Shown here piece after piece: positions 29,614 to 38,171 of a stretch of 64,000 bases of DNA (its first letter is position 1; each line of letters starts with the position of its first letter). A program made the position numbers and the translations under genes. This stretch comes from a virus. The stretch lies in the IMG/VR virus record IMGVR_UViG_3300045988_135160; one strand, written 5' to 3'. The notes beneath the pieces were generated by a model, which was given only the letters and a program-made list of their open reading frames with translations, was not told the DNA's origin and ran no database searches.

Positions 29614-30633
29614 TCATCGTTTTATCTTTTTAGACGGATCCCAATCTGAAGAGAAAGGGCATTCGTTTTTGTTATGTAATCCAAAGTCACAATAGTAACA
29701 CAGTGCTGACGGGCAGGGTAGCTTGTTTTGCGGAACAGGCTGGCTTAGGGTGGCACGCCGCTTGCTATACCTGGCTCCTTCTGCTCCCTGGATGTATGCC
29801 TGAAATGTTTTTACACTATTATCTTCAAAATCATACATTTTAGACAAAGTGTCATTTAGCATCTCTATAGATTTTGTTTTACGTTCCTCATCCACCTTAA
29901 CCTTTTGGTATTGTCTGGTCCTGGTAAAGAAATAGATGTTCATATCTGGCAGAACTCCACCATATTTTCTATAGATGTAAAACGAATATATAGGATGCTG
30001 TAAATTCGTTTCCAACTTCTTAGAATCAAAAACCTTATTACCTGATTTCCAATCTATGACATAATGGTGAACTACGTTCTTGCTTTTTATAGCCAGATGA
30101 AGGTCTACCGATCCTACTATGTACACATGAGTATGAATTACTCCATTTATGTTAACAGGCTTAGGAAGACGGTACGGCAGCACAAAATCTTCTTCGACTC
30201 CAACTATAGCGCCGTGTCTGATAAGTTTCTCGCAGGGATTAAGATCACTATCAGCTATCATAAACCTATTGCCGTCTTTTTTGAACAGATCCACAATCCA
30301 AGCAAGAAGCTCTCCAGATTGCTTCATGGCTATCATCATATTTTCCGGTGATTGCCAAGGTATGTCTTCTTGGTAAGCATAGTAACTTATAGCTTCCCCC
30401 AGGTCTTTGCCAGAAGGCTGTCTTCCGTTCTTGAAGAAGTATTCCAGTGTCTTATGAATAACCGTACCATAAGACGTAGCTTCTTGTTTTTCCGTAGACC
30501 TTTTGCCCTCCACGTAAGTTTTATACCATTTCATTGGACAAGTAAGAAACGTATCTATCTGGGAATAAGATATGGCAAGACGTTTCACACCATTAAACTC
30601 CTTATATAGCAAATGCGTTTCCGGGACCATCAT
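29614..30633 (-). CDS. Cas4/RecB-like PD-(D/E)xK nuclease with Cys cluster
   Basis: Motifs SYSQIDTFLTCP, GSVD, VIDWK (ExK) and QHPIY (QxxxY). Cys cluster CPSALCYYC plus the N-terminal Cys fits a Cas4-type Fe-S ligand set. Confidence 0.6.
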   Translation of the reverse strand: MMVPETHLLYKEFNGVKRLAISYSQIDTFLTCPMKWYKTYVEGKRSTEKQEATSYGTVIHKTLEYFFKNGRQPSGKDLGEAISYYAYQEDIPWQSPENMMIAMKQSGELLAWIVDLFKKDGNRFMIADSDLNPCEKLIRHGAIVGVEEDFVLPYRLPKPVNINGVIHTHVYIVGSVDLHLAIKSKNVVHHYVIDWKSGNKVFDSKKLETNLQHPIYSFYIYRKYGGVLPDMNIYFFTRTRQYQKVKVDEERKTKSIEMLNDTLSKMYDFEDNSVKTFQAYIQGAEGARYSKRRATLSQPVPQNKLPCPSALCYYCDFGLHNKNECPFSSDWDPSKKIKR

Positions 30634-30989
30634 AAGTCATTGTCTTTAAATCCTTCTGGGTAATATACAACATATTTCTTGCCATCCTCCGGCGTCATGG
30701 CGAATTGCATGTAGTTATTACGATTACGATGTTTGCCATCCAATCCTCGTTTCCAATACAGGATACCGTCTATATCCACATAAGATCGGCCTCGGTCGGC
30801 TCTAACCACGTCCGTGTGTAGCAGATACCCGTCGGAAGACACAATCCACACTTTATCCCCTTTGCTTAAATAAGATATTCTTTTTCTTACAACAACCCTT
30901 TTCTTATTATCCAATACAAATTCCTCGTCAGTCATACTCTTCATCCTCCTCTTCTTCTGTTTCAAAATCAATTCCATAATACTGATCAT
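30630..30989 (-). CDS. hypothetical protein (119 aa)
   Basis: ORF with a 4-nt overlap. Confidence 0.45.
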   Translation of the reverse strand: MISIMELILKQKKRRMKSMTDEEFVLDNKKRVVVRKRISYLSKGDKVWIVSSDGYLLHTDVVRADRGRSYVDIDGILYWKRGLDGKHRNRNNYMQFAMTPEDGKKYVVYYPEGFKDNDL

Positions 30990-31142
30990 AATGCTTGGTC
31001 AGTTCTTCTGGTTCTAAATCTTGTCCAAAATCCATGTTAAAAATATCGTAATTAGTAAAGCACTGTTCCTGCCGGCAGGAAATCTATGAATGCTGCTTTT
31101 ATTTCTTCAATTAGGCCCAAGTGTAACCCTGGGCCATTGTAT

Positions 31143-32843
31143 TTATTTTTTGTCATCTCCTTTTAGCTTCTTTAAAGTATCTGCAATCGGAAGCTGATCA
31201 ATGACTCCCAATGCCGGAGCGACGGTCTTAACAACATTGTTAAGGAAATTACCGGTACTGTTCTGACCGCCGTCAAATACCGTGATATTTCCGAGGTTAA
31301 TGTGCTCAAATGCCTTAACCTGTTCTCCGGCAATTTCTTTCCACTGATTAACCATCTTGTACTGGATGGCGATCTGAGGATTGGATTCTGCTGCTTCCAC
31401 CATAGCCTTAAATCCGTCGGCTTCTGCCATCAACGACTTTTTCTTACCTTCGGCTTCCGCTTCCAGCTTCATCTGAATAGCTTTTGCTTCCGCCTCTGCT
31501 TTTGCCAAATGTGCTGCTGCTTCAGCATCGGCCCGGCGTTTGATCTTCTCGGCCTCGGCATCAGCTTGCAACATAGCCTCCTGCTTCTGAATTTCAGCCG
31601 GCACAATCTTTTCAGCTTTAAGCGCAGCTTGAACCTTCTTAGCTTTAGCTTCTTCCACTTCTTTATCAGCAAGCTCTTTTGCCGTTTTCACAGCCGCTTC
31701 CGATTTAACTTTCTCTTCTCCGGCTTTCTTTTCTGATTGAGCTTTGATAACCTGCAATTCTGATTCTGATACAGCAACCTCTTTCTGGGCATTGTTGTAG
31801 CCTACAGAAGCATTTTTCTCAGCCTCAGCTTTCTTAATCTGAGCTTCAGAGTCTTGTATTGCTATAGCTGCTTGTTTGTCAGCTTCAGCTTTATTCTTTC
31901 CAACTTCTTCCATTCTTTCGGCTTCAGCTTTGTTTACTTCAAGTTCCGCCTTAGATCTTGCAATCGCTGATTCCTTGTCAGCCAAAGTCTTTGCTATAGC
32001 CGCAGCCCTATCTCTATCGGCTTGAGCTACACCGATCTGTTTTTCTTTATCGGTTAAAGCCAAAGCTACTTCTTTTTCTTTCTTTGTTTCAGCTACTACC
32101 GTTTCTTTTTCTTTTTCAGTATAGGCAATTTGAATCTCTTGCTCTTTTTGGGTATTAGCTACAGCCGTTTCTTTTTCCTTCTGTTGTACAGCAATCTTAA
32201 TAGCACCCAGCTTTTCCTGTTCTTCGATATTAGCCTGTGCTTCGTTCAGAGCCTTGCTTTCAGCCTCTTTACCAAGATTCATGATGTAGCCGGCTTCATC
32301 TCTGATGTCACTGATGTTAATGTTCAAAAGATAAAGACCCAATTTATTAAGTTCGTTATCAATGTTTTTTCTTGCCTTATCCAAAAACTCATCCCTATCA
32401 GAATTAAGTTTTTCGATTGTCATTTCGGCAATAATCAAACGCATCTGACCGTAAACGATGTCTGTAATAAGATTTTCAGTAGATTCGGTATCCATCCCCA
32501 AAAGTCTTTCTGCTGCATTTTGCATGATTTCAGGATTTGTACTGATAGCTACTGTAATAGTTGTAGGCACATCTACTCTAATATTCTGAGATGACAAAGC
32601 ACCGGTAAGCCTACAATCTATTTGCATAGGCTCCATAGACAAAACATCATAGCTTTGAATAATAGGCAAGACAAATGCCGCTCCACCATGATATAATTTT
32701 GCCGACTTCTTTTCCCCACCTGTCTTACCGTAAACGACCAAGACCTGATTAGGCTTACATCTACGATACCTTGATAAGACTCCGATGATTGTCAAAATAA
32801 TCACTACAGCTAAGATGGCTGACACGTACATAATTGTTGTCAT
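31143..32843 (-). CDS. flotillin-like SPFH (band-7) domain protein
   Basis: N-terminal TM helix, SPFH core (QVLVVYGK...GGAAFVLPIIQSYDVLSMEPMQID), then a long Glu/Ala/Lys-rich flotillin-repeat coiled coil. Same architecture as FloT/YuaG. Confidence 0.8.
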   Translation of the reverse strand: MTTIMYVSAILAVVIILTIIGVLSRYRRCKPNQVLVVYGKTGGEKKSAKLYHGGAAFVLPIIQSYDVLSMEPMQIDCRLTGALSSQNIRVDVPTTITVAISTNPEIMQNAAERLLGMDTESTENLITDIVYGQMRLIIAEMTIEKLNSDRDEFLDKARKNIDNELNKLGLYLLNINISDIRDEAGYIMNLGKEAESKALNEAQANIEEQEKLGAIKIAVQQKEKETAVANTQKEQEIQIAYTEKEKETVVAETKKEKEVALALTDKEKQIGVAQADRDRAAAIAKTLADKESAIARSKAELEVNKAEAERMEEVGKNKAEADKQAAIAIQDSEAQIKKAEAEKNASVGYNNAQKEVAVSESELQVIKAQSEKKAGEEKVKSEAAVKTAKELADKEVEEAKAKKVQAALKAEKIVPAEIQKQEAMLQADAEAEKIKRRADAEAAAHLAKAEAEAKAIQMKLEAEAEGKKKSLMAEADGFKAMVEAAESNPQIAIQYKMVNQWKEIAGEQVKAFEHINLGNITVFDGGQNSTGNFLNNVVKTVAPALGVIDQLPIADTLKKLKGDDKK

Positions 32844-32874
32844 AACTTTTAAAATTTAATTGTTGATAAAAAAA

Positions 32875-33369
32875 TTAGATAATTAATTCTCCTTCTTCGT
32901 ATTTTATATTCACCTTGTCACCGTTTTTGTAAGTTTTTCCAGACAAGCATCTTACTCTCATTTGCTCCTGTCTTCCATTTTTCGAAATATTTACCATATA
33001 ATGATTCTTCCCTGATCTAAACACTATCTCCACCTCTCTGCCATTTAAATCTTCCGGACATTCGTACACCATTTCTTGCTTTAACTTAAGAAGTAACTTA
33101 TATACGTAAAACAAAACGATAAAGAAAAACGACCCTATCACAACCCCTACTAAATGGGAACCCGAAAAGTAGGTAGTCCAGCTATATCCAAGAATAAAAT
33201 GTGTTATGCCCTTGAATGATATGATGTCCGACAAAGACATACTTAAATCAGAAGCATCATCAATATCAATATCCGTATCCAGATCAGATCCTAATATCGA
33301 CAACAAAAACTGTATAACAAAAGCAAATGACGCTATTAAAGCCATGCATAAAATTATGTCACTTCCCAT
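32875..33369 (-). CDS. NfeD-like membrane protein (flotillin partner)
   Basis: 2-3 TM helices plus a C-terminal beta-rich soluble domain (GKTYKNGDKVNIKYEEGELII). Sits immediately upstream of the flotillin gene, as in the yuaF-floT pair. Confidence 0.5.
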   Translation of the reverse strand: MGSDIILCMALIASFAFVIQFLLSILGSDLDTDIDIDDASDLSMSLSDIISFKGITHFILGYSWTTYFSGSHLVGVVIGSFFFIVLFYVYKLLLKLKQEMVYECPEDLNGREVEIVFRSGKNHYMVNISKNGRQEQMRVRCLSGKTYKNGDKVNIKYEEGELII

Positions 33370-33610
33370 ATCCTTCTGTTATTATTTTGTAAACAAGATC
33401 AGTCATATCTTTGATGGTCTCCATATCATAATCATTAATAACAATATTGAATTTTTGTTCCACCATCACTTCCAGTTCAATTTGATCGATAGAATCTAAT
33501 CCAAGTTCTTTAAACGTCACATCTTCTTCATGAACTATATCTATTTCCGAATTAAGAAACTGAGTAATAATTATATCCTCTATTATCTTTCTGATTCTTA
33601 CTTTTTCCAT
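33359..33610 (-). CDS. acyl carrier protein-like (83 aa)
   Basis: LGLDSIDQIELEVMVEQKF matches the ACP phosphopantetheine-attachment DSL/helix-II signature. Overlaps both neighbours, suggesting translational coupling. Confidence 0.55.
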   Translation of the reverse strand: MEKVRIRKIIEDIIITQFLNSEIDIVHEEDVTFKELGLDSIDQIELEVMVEQKFNIVINDYDMETIKDMTDLVYKIITEGYGK

Positions 33611-34311
33611 TGCTTTCTAATTTTGTTAAATAAATACGTTTTTATGTTTTTCAATCGCTCTTTGTCTGTTTCAGAACTTCCGGTAAACAAATAATCCGGA
33701 TTGCCTTTAGCCGGCGGCGTAGGCAATTTAGATACGGCAAACAACCAATCCATTTCCTTATTCTTCTTAGACTCCAAATAAGGCTCGGTAGCGATCTTAA
33801 ATTTTTCAGCTATTAAGTCAAAGAGCTTTGAATTTTTAAGGTTCATATGGACCGAAAAGGCCTGAGAAGGCGGTTTCCATATGAAGTTACATAAGCTCAT
33901 TGTATAATCTCCTGACTCTGCTATATAAGATTCCGTTACCTGAAGTATGACCTCTTTCTTGAATGAGGTGTTACCCATAAACCAACACAACCTGGATTCC
34001 GCTTCTTTTCTGCTGACACCTATGTCTTTTGAATACGATTCGTACATTCCTATCATAATCTTCAACGTTTCCAGAACCTCGTCTGTCATCTCCGGTGTCT
34101 CTATATAATTCACAAAAGACGTTCCTTTGTTGGTCAATCTCATCACGCCTGATTTTAATTTCTCAACCAGGCCAAGCTCTATATACCTCCCAGCATCTTT
34201 TTCCAGCATGGCTTCGATCATAACCGTATCCTTCTGTCTTATAGCAAGAAGATTAGCCAGATCATTAGGAGTCATGTCTGATGCTGCAAGTTGTCTGAAA
34301 TTGATGTACAT
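33598..34311 (-). CDS. hypothetical protein (237 aa), first gene of the ACP/NfeD/flotillin operon
   Basis: ORF with a 13-nt overlap onto the ACP gene. Confidence 0.5.
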   Translation of the reverse strand: MYINFRQLAASDMTPNDLANLLAIRQKDTVMIEAMLEKDAGRYIELGLVEKLKSGVMRLTNKGTSFVNYIETPEMTDEVLETLKIMIGMYESYSKDIGVSRKEAESRLCWFMGNTSFKKEVILQVTESYIAESGDYTMSLCNFIWKPPSQAFSVHMNLKNSKLFDLIAEKFKIATEPYLESKKNKEMDWLFAVSKLPTPPAKGNPDYLFTGSSETDKERLKNIKTYLFNKIRKQWKK

Positions 34312-34313
34312 GC

Positions 34314-34523
34314 CTAATCAGCTTTAATAAAAATAACATCCTTACCATCCTCCCTCTCTACGTGATTACACGGGCCTGCGACTACATCTACCGACCCGCA
34401 TGTAATGTGGTCATTAAATATACATCCTTCACATCCTAAGTCTGGCTCTGGAGCATCCACACATTTTAATCTCACAAGTCCGGCATCAAACACTTCTCCT
34501 ACTTTAAATTCCTTCTTTTCCAT
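34314..34523 (-). CDS. small Cys-rich protein (69 aa)
   Basis: CxxC pairs (CEGC ... CNH). Confidence 0.35.
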   Translation of the reverse strand: MEKKEFKVGEVFDAGLVRLKCVDAPEPDLGCEGCIFNDHITCGSVDVVAGPCNHVEREDGKDVIFIKAD

Positions 34524-34538
34524 ATTTCCTCCTTGTTT

Positions 34539-35141
34539 TTAACTGTTGTACCCTTCTTTGATAATCGAATTTCTACCGGTAGATACCGACTGTCGAAGAT
34601 CGTCATGTACAGAATCTACCGTAGAATACTTGTTTCTGGTTGTAAAAATCACTTCCAGCATCTCCTTGTAATCACCTAAAGCTACTTCATATCTCGGATC
34701 TACTTTGGCTTTTCTTTCGGCCTCGGCATTACTCTTAGCCAGCTCTCGGTCAAGAAGATCTTCTTTGATTCGGTCAGCAATCATATCAAGTTCTTTTTTT
34801 ATGACTTCTCCTGCTGCCCGAAGTTGACCTTCTACGTCGCCAAGCTGATCTTGGACGGTTCCTATTTCTTTCTTTAGGCGATCGTATTCGTTAATCATAC
34901 CCATATCACCTGCATAGCCGGAAAAGTCCTTGATTATTCTGGTTCCTTCTTTAAGGAGTTCAATAACTCGTCTTTTACGTTCTCTGCTTATTAAAGACGG
35001 AAGACGATAATTCATATCCGCCACCGCCTTATCATGTATGGAGTTGATTAAAAACATCTCTCTTTCATCCCCTGCAAACTCAGTAAGAACCAAAAGGAAC
35101 TTACTTATCAGGTATTCGTTTTCTTCTACTGTTAGTCTCAT
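34539..35141 (-). CDS. hypothetical coiled-coil protein (200 aa)
   Basis: ORF track only. Confidence 0.5.
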   Translation of the reverse strand: MRLTVEENEYLISKFLLVLTEFAGDEREMFLINSIHDKAVADMNYRLPSLISRERKRRVIELLKEGTRIIKDFSGYAGDMGMINEYDRLKKEIGTVQDQLGDVEGQLRAAGEVIKKELDMIADRIKEDLLDRELAKSNAEAERKAKVDPRYEVALGDYKEMLEVIFTTRNKYSTVDSVHDDLRQSVSTGRNSIIKEGYNS

Positions 35142-35156
35142 GGTTCTTATTTTTTT

Positions 35157-36293
35157 TTAATACAATGACTGTTCTTCCTTTGTCTCTTGTTCTTGATCTT
35201 GATTGTTCGTAACGTCTTCCACAGTATAGAGCTTGGGCGGCGTCGGCGGCTGGTTGGGGTTCACGAACTTCGTCCCGCCCTCCCCGTACATCCATCCATG
35301 TCCCGGCAGTATCTCTGGGTGGATTGTATTAGTAAGCTCTTCCATACTAACTTGCCTTACCTTCAGTATATGATGAAATACCAGTCCGGCTGTCCTGAAT
35401 GATGTTTTGTTTTCAGTTTTAAACCTATCAAGGGTCTGATACCAGTCTTTCCCAAATATCATATACTTATCCAGCCCGTACCTACGAGGATTGTGCAAAC
35501 CTATCATTAACGTACATAACTGACCCAGCGTATCGGATTGGTAAAAATCAGAAAGACGCGGAGGCTGCTCTTGTGGGCTTTTTATCCTTCCTTCTATTTC
35601 TCTGTTGAATTGGGATATGATGAGGAAAAATATGTTTTTATATACTAATTTAGCTTCGTTCATAACCGCCACCAAATCATCTATAGCCGACTTAGGATCT
35701 AATCCCATTCTTTTTATCAAAGCAATATGATCGACTTTAAATATTATAAGACGTTTGTCTTTATGTTTGGTAGCTATATGATACACAGCCGCCTCAAACT
35801 CTTTTACCGTACACGGAGCATCGATGTATATTATATTATTCCTGATTTCACCTTGAAGGATTTCAAACATCCTCATCTCTTCTACTGTATTAGAATCTTG
35901 CCTTCTTAATATTTCAGGAGCTCGCATTTTCATATCCTGGCTCATTCTACGAAGAAGAAGATCTTGAGGATTCATTTCGAACTCGCAATTAACAAGAAAA
36001 TAATCTTCTGCTTGCGGGTTGATCATCGGATTCATAACATTTTCCAATATCTTTTGAGCCACATACGATTTACCTACAGATGGCCGGGCTCCTATGGCAA
36101 TAGCGTGCTGAGGAAAAATACCTCCAAGCAAAGCCTCATCAATATAATCGTATCCGGTTTTAGCGGGGATAAGCTCTCCCCGCCTGTATTTCAAGATATT
36201 CTCATACGCCTCTTCCATAACCTGTTTGGAGGTTTTGAAAATATTCCGGATGTTAACTTTTGTCGTTTTGTTATCGAATGTTCCAAACTCCAT
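35157..36293 (-). CDS. DnaB-like replicative helicase (RecA-fold C-terminal domain)
   Basis: GYDYIDEALLGGIFPQHAIAIGARPSVGKS is the DnaB Walker A/H1 region. Walker B-like LIIFKVDHI. Confidence 0.65.
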   Translation of the reverse strand: MEFGTFDNKTTKVNIRNIFKTSKQVMEEAYENILKYRRGELIPAKTGYDYIDEALLGGIFPQHAIAIGARPSVGKSYVAQKILENVMNPMINPQAEDYFLVNCEFEMNPQDLLLRRMSQDMKMRAPEILRRQDSNTVEEMRMFEILQGEIRNNIIYIDAPCTVKEFEAAVYHIATKHKDKRLIIFKVDHIALIKRMGLDPKSAIDDLVAVMNEAKLVYKNIFFLIISQFNREIEGRIKSPQEQPPRLSDFYQSDTLGQLCTLMIGLHNPRRYGLDKYMIFGKDWYQTLDRFKTENKTSFRTAGLVFHHILKVRQVSMEELTNTIHPEILPGHGWMYGEGGTKFVNPNQPPTPPKLYTVEDVTNNQDQEQETKEEQSLY

Positions 36294-36298
36294 TGTGA

Positions 36299-37558
36299 TT
36301 ATTCGTTATTATGTGTATTTGCTTTATATCCATATGATTGATCTACTTCAATAGAAGTCAATCCATGTCCTATATATTTTAATTTTTTATATGATATATT
36401 TTTCTCATTTTCCCCATCTATATCTTTTATTTTAAAACTACCAGAAAGTCTTCTTGCGTAAATAAATCGTTTTTCACCATAAAACATTACTTTATCAAAT
36501 AGTCTAAACCCAAATACCCTAAATGGTGATTGATTCATTCTTTTGATCCCTCCCTTTTGCATCTTCATTTTATGAATTTGCCTATTATGTCTCCGTGTGA
36601 GTTTCATCTTGAAATGATATCCAAGCCTTTTTGCTTTAAAATTCTCTGAGATAACAAATGCATCAGAAACATGGGACTTTTCGATTCTATGTTTTATCCG
36701 ATTATGTTTCGTTATATATCCAAATGTCATACTAACGTTTGGATATAATGACTTCAATTTATCGAATAACTTCCATTTCATGATTCCCATCGCGGCCGCA
36801 TCACGAAGTGAAGTTCCTCTTTTTACCTTCAATTTAATATTCCCCTTATGGTACTCCTTATGGCAAGTTTCACATAAAGTAATCAAATTAGAAGGTGAAT
36901 CTCCACCAGTCTTTCGCGATTCGATATGGTGGATATTAAGAATAGGATTTTTCGATTTTCCCTTACAATGCTGGCATTTGTGACCATCACGAAAAAGTAT
37001 GTATTCTCGAACATTCCAAAATCCAAGTTGCTCGCCTTGCTGGTATTCTTTTCCCAATATATCAGGATTCTTAATCTTTTGAGTATCAAACTGAGAAGTT
37101 TCTATAATTAATCTTGAAACAGGAAGGATAGAATGTATAAAACTGACAACCTTAATATGGGAATCAATTTTTTGACAAACAGATGGAGCTATCCATCCTT
37201 GGCGCTTCGACTTTATTCTGTTATTAAATCTCGGCTTTCTATACCTTATCCTATTCCTTCTCGCTTTCCTCAATTCTCTTCTTGTCGAAAGCAAATTAAT
37301 GATATCATTTCTCAGAATAACTTCACTTGCGTAAAGCTCCTTGCTTTTCGTCGTAGCTGATAGACCAACATGTTTAGTTCCAGCATCAACGCCTAACACA
37401 ATTTCCTGTTTGTAATCAGATGTGACGTACATTAATTTGATGGTAAACGGACATAAGTTGACAACAACTGCCTTTTTGTCTTTAAGCAGTCTTCTAACCT
37501 TACCATGCCTTGTTGTTGGCATCAAAGGTTTACCATCTATGTCTTGTACGTACACCAT
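36299..37558 (-). CDS. iscB: IscB RNA-guided nuclease (PLMP, split RuvC and HNH), copy 1
   Basis: N-terminal DGKPLMPTTRHGKVRRLLK (PLMP domain). RuvC-I LGVDAGTKHVGLSA. HNH CQHCKGKSKNPILNIHHIESRKTGGDSPSNLITLCETCHKEYH. RuvC-III SHVSDAFVI. Size of 419 aa is typical of IscB. Confidence 0.85.
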   Translation of the reverse strand: MVYVQDIDGKPLMPTTRHGKVRRLLKDKKAVVVNLCPFTIKLMYVTSDYKQEIVLGVDAGTKHVGLSATTKSKELYASEVILRNDIINLLSTRRELRKARRNRIRYRKPRFNNRIKSKRQGWIAPSVCQKIDSHIKVVSFIHSILPVSRLIIETSQFDTQKIKNPDILGKEYQQGEQLGFWNVREYILFRDGHKCQHCKGKSKNPILNIHHIESRKTGGDSPSNLITLCETCHKEYHKGNIKLKVKRGTSLRDAAAMGIMKWKLFDKLKSLYPNVSMTFGYITKHNRIKHRIEKSHVSDAFVISENFKAKRLGYHFKMKLTRRHNRQIHKMKMQKGGIKRMNQSPFRVFGFRLFDKVMFYGEKRFIYARRLSGSFKIKDIDGENEKNISYKKLKYIGHGLTSIEVDQSYGYKANTHNNE

Positions 37559-37810
37559 TTGTTACAAACTAATTTTTAATTAATAACTACTATTCGTAGT
37601 AAGTCAGATATATTTCAATCTGTTAGTACCCATCGCCAATGTTATTCAGAGGTTTCTTACAAGCAACACTGTATCCAAATACAAATACTGTTTAATCACC
37701 TGCCTTAGAGCCTGGAGCTTGGATAAACACTCCAGGGTAACTATACATTCTCCGATAACGTAGTGCTCGAAGCACTTAGGCTAATAACCGGCCAGTAAAA
37801 CTGGATATAC
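36377..37810 (-). mobile_element. non-autonomous IS200/IS605-like IscB element 1 (iscB plus upstream omega-RNA block; boundaries approximate)
   Basis: Similarity to copy 2 extends from about codon 394 (YKKLK) through the roughly 230-nt upstream conserved block, then stops. Confidence 0.45.
37559..37810 (-). ncRNA. putative IscB omega-RNA (guide at the 5' end, about 37791-37810)
   Basis: Non-coding block immediately 5' of iscB-1, conserved with the block 5' of iscB-2. Two hairpins show compensatory changes: CCTGGAG/CTCCAGG versus CTACGAA/TCCGTAG, and GTGCT/AGCAC versus GTGTT/AACAC. Confidence 0.55.
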
Positions 37811-37843
37811 AAAAAAGTAAAATTCTATTTGTCTTTTTGTATA

Positions 37844-38119
37844 TTATTTCGGAGATCTTGCATTTTTGTCACCTTTCGTATCCGACTTGGATCCCCTATT
37901 AGCTTTTACTGATTTATACCTAAGACCGTTCTTGGTATGAGAACAATCCTTGCCTTTCCTCCAGCCCTTGCCCTTCTTCTTGTCCGTTTCGTAGTTTTTA
38001 CGACCAAGCTCCCGGCGTTTGGCTTTCTGTTCCGGTCTGGCATTTATCTCCTTGTCCTTTTTAGCCTTTTTCTTCCTGGCTTCTGGATGAGTCCTGTAGT
38101 ACTCTGTTGATCTGCCCAT
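37844..38119 (-). CDS. highly basic Lys/Arg-rich small protein (91 aa)
   Basis: ORF with more than 35 percent K+R. Confidence 0.4.
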   Translation of the reverse strand: MGRSTEYYRTHPEARKKKAKKDKEINARPEQKAKRRELGRKNYETDKKKGKGWRKGKDCSHTKNGLRYKSVKANRGSKSDTKGDKNARSPK

Positions 38120-38171
38120 GTGCTTATATTTTTTTTGATTAATAATAGCACAAAGATAGGCAATTCGCGCC

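Noticed and set aside
31302-31736. Plus-strand ORF 31302-31736 and minus-strand ORF 31469-31672 inside the flotillin gene
   Set aside because: Artefacts of the repetitive GAA/GCT-rich coiled-coil coding region. Translations are Cys/Phe/Leu- or Arg/Lys-repeat junk.
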